Shown: positions 34,855-35,657 of the stretch, piece after piece
How the letters are laid out: the number at the start of each line of letters is the position of its first letter
How positions within the stretch are numbered: position 1 is the stretch's first letter
Source of the DNA: a virus
Taxonomy: Duplodnaviria > Heunggongvirae > Uroviricota > Caudoviricetes
IMG/VR virus record: IMGVR_UViG_2541047892_000001
Reading direction: 5' to 3' (one strand)
Length of the DNA: 35,657 nucleotides
Notes under the pieces: generated by a model
The model's database searches: none
The model's input: the letters and a program-made list of their open reading frames with translations, nothing else
Told to the model about the DNA's origin: nothing
Translations under genes and position numbers: made by a program

Positions 34855-35296
34855 ACAACGTCTTATCCAGCTCATTCATATTGCCCGTAATGAACTGGGT
34901 ATGGATGAAGACACCTACCGCCAGATGTTACAGGGGCTGACCGGTAAAGCCTCAACCAAAGGAATGGATACCACACAACTAAACTGCGTGCTGGAATCCA
35001 TGAAAAGGAAAGGCTTTCGCGTTAAGCCTGCCGGAAAAGCCAGCTCCGGTTTACCGCTGGATAACCATCCGCAGTCCAGGAAAATCCGTGCGCTATGGAT
35101 TGAAATGGCTGCTGCCGGCATTGTTCGTGACCGTTCAGAAAATGCATTAGCGCGGTGGATCAAGCGGGAAACGGGCATCAGCGCCCTGCGCTGGCTCAAT
35201 ACTGAACAGGCAAGCAGTGTTATTGAGAAACTGAAGAAGTGGCAGCGCAGAGCTGCGGGAGTAAAACATGAGCGACCTGAATCAGTTTCGAAGTAA
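34844..35296 (+). CDS. GemA / Mu gp16-like protein
   Basis: LIQLIHIARNELGMDEDTYRQMLQGLTGKASTKGM matches the GemA-type N-terminus; AAGGAG 5 nt upstream of ATG 34844. Confidence 0.7.
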   Translation: MMTKQRLIQLIHIARNELGMDEDTYRQMLQGLTGKASTKGMDTTQLNCVLESMKRKGFRVKPAGKASSGLPLDNHPQSRKIRALWIEMAAAGIVRDRSENALARWIKRETGISALRWLNTEQASSVIEKLKKWQRRAAGVKHERPESVSK

Positions 35297-35657
35297 AGGG
35301 CCGGAACTCCTGGTGGAACTGGCACAGCATACCTCTGAGACCGTTCGCGAGATTATTGATATTGAGCCCGCAATTGCCGACCAGATTGGTCAGGCTGTCG
35401 CGAACCGAATGATGCAGGTCTGGGGCGGGCAAAACGTTTATTTCCCAATGGGCATGGTATGGAAGGTCAGTCAGCGCGACCGGGAAATCTTCAGGGAGTT
35501 TAACGGACGCAACCACCACGAACTGGCCCGCAAATTTGGTGTTTCGCTTCAGTGGGTCTACAGCGTGGTTAAGCGGGTAAGAAAAGAAGAACTGGATCGG
35601 ATGCAGGGCAAGCTATTTGCTGATGAACCCGATGCAGATACGGAGAAAAAAGAGTAA
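35268..35657 (+). CDS. mor: Mor/C-family transcriptional activator of late or middle genes
   Basis: 129 aa; GGQNVYFPMG...FNGRNHHELARKFGVSLQWVYSVVKR is the Mor/C HTH region; GGGAG ribosome-binding site; stop codon is the last 3 nt of the window. Confidence 0.85.
   Translation: MSDLNQFRSKGPELLVELAQHTSETVREIIDIEPAIADQIGQAVANRMMQVWGGQNVYFPMGMVWKVSQRDREIFREFNGRNHHELARKFGVSLQWVYSVVKRVRKEELDRMQGKLFADEPDADTEKKE

Noticed and set aside
1-35657. Search for CRISPR arrays, tRNA or rRNA genes and prophage termini
   Set aside because: No spaced direct-repeat array, no tRNA-like or rRNA-like sequence and no host-phage junction was recognisable by eye; the window appears to be entirely internal prophage DNA.

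Overview
This window is the interior of a transposable, Mu-family prophage; neither phage end nor any host gene is visible. Organisation is divergent around a central regulatory region. Positions 1-24.2 kb carry the late genes on the minus strand: holin, SLT endolysin, nested i-/o-spanins, small and large terminase, portal, Mu F/G/I/T-like head proteins, sheath, tube, a frameshifted tail chaperone, tape measure, baseplate proteins and a tail fibre with its assembly chaperone. Positions 27.6-35.7 kb carry the early operon on the plus strand: a Ner/Cro-like regulator, a DDE transposase, an AAA+ transposition ATPase, a Mu Gam homologue, several small accessory genes, a GemA-like protein and a Mor-family activator. 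The transposase does not resemble MuA at its N-terminus; from memory, the layout and the rve-type transposase with an ExeA-like ATPase resemble BcepMu-like phages, but this is unverified. Between the two arms (24.2-27.6 kb) sits an AT-rich accessory cassette that appears to be co-transcribed with the XRE-family repressor; this and an AT-rich predicted-nuclease moron inserted in the baseplate cluster (4.0-5.0 kb) are the best candidates for an undescribed phage-defence or exclusion system. A 95-bp perfect inverted repeat inside the tail-fibre gene at the left edge suggests an invertible host-range segment. No rRNA, tRNA or CRISPR array was recognised. All calls rest on reading the supplied translations and sequence; no database search was run.
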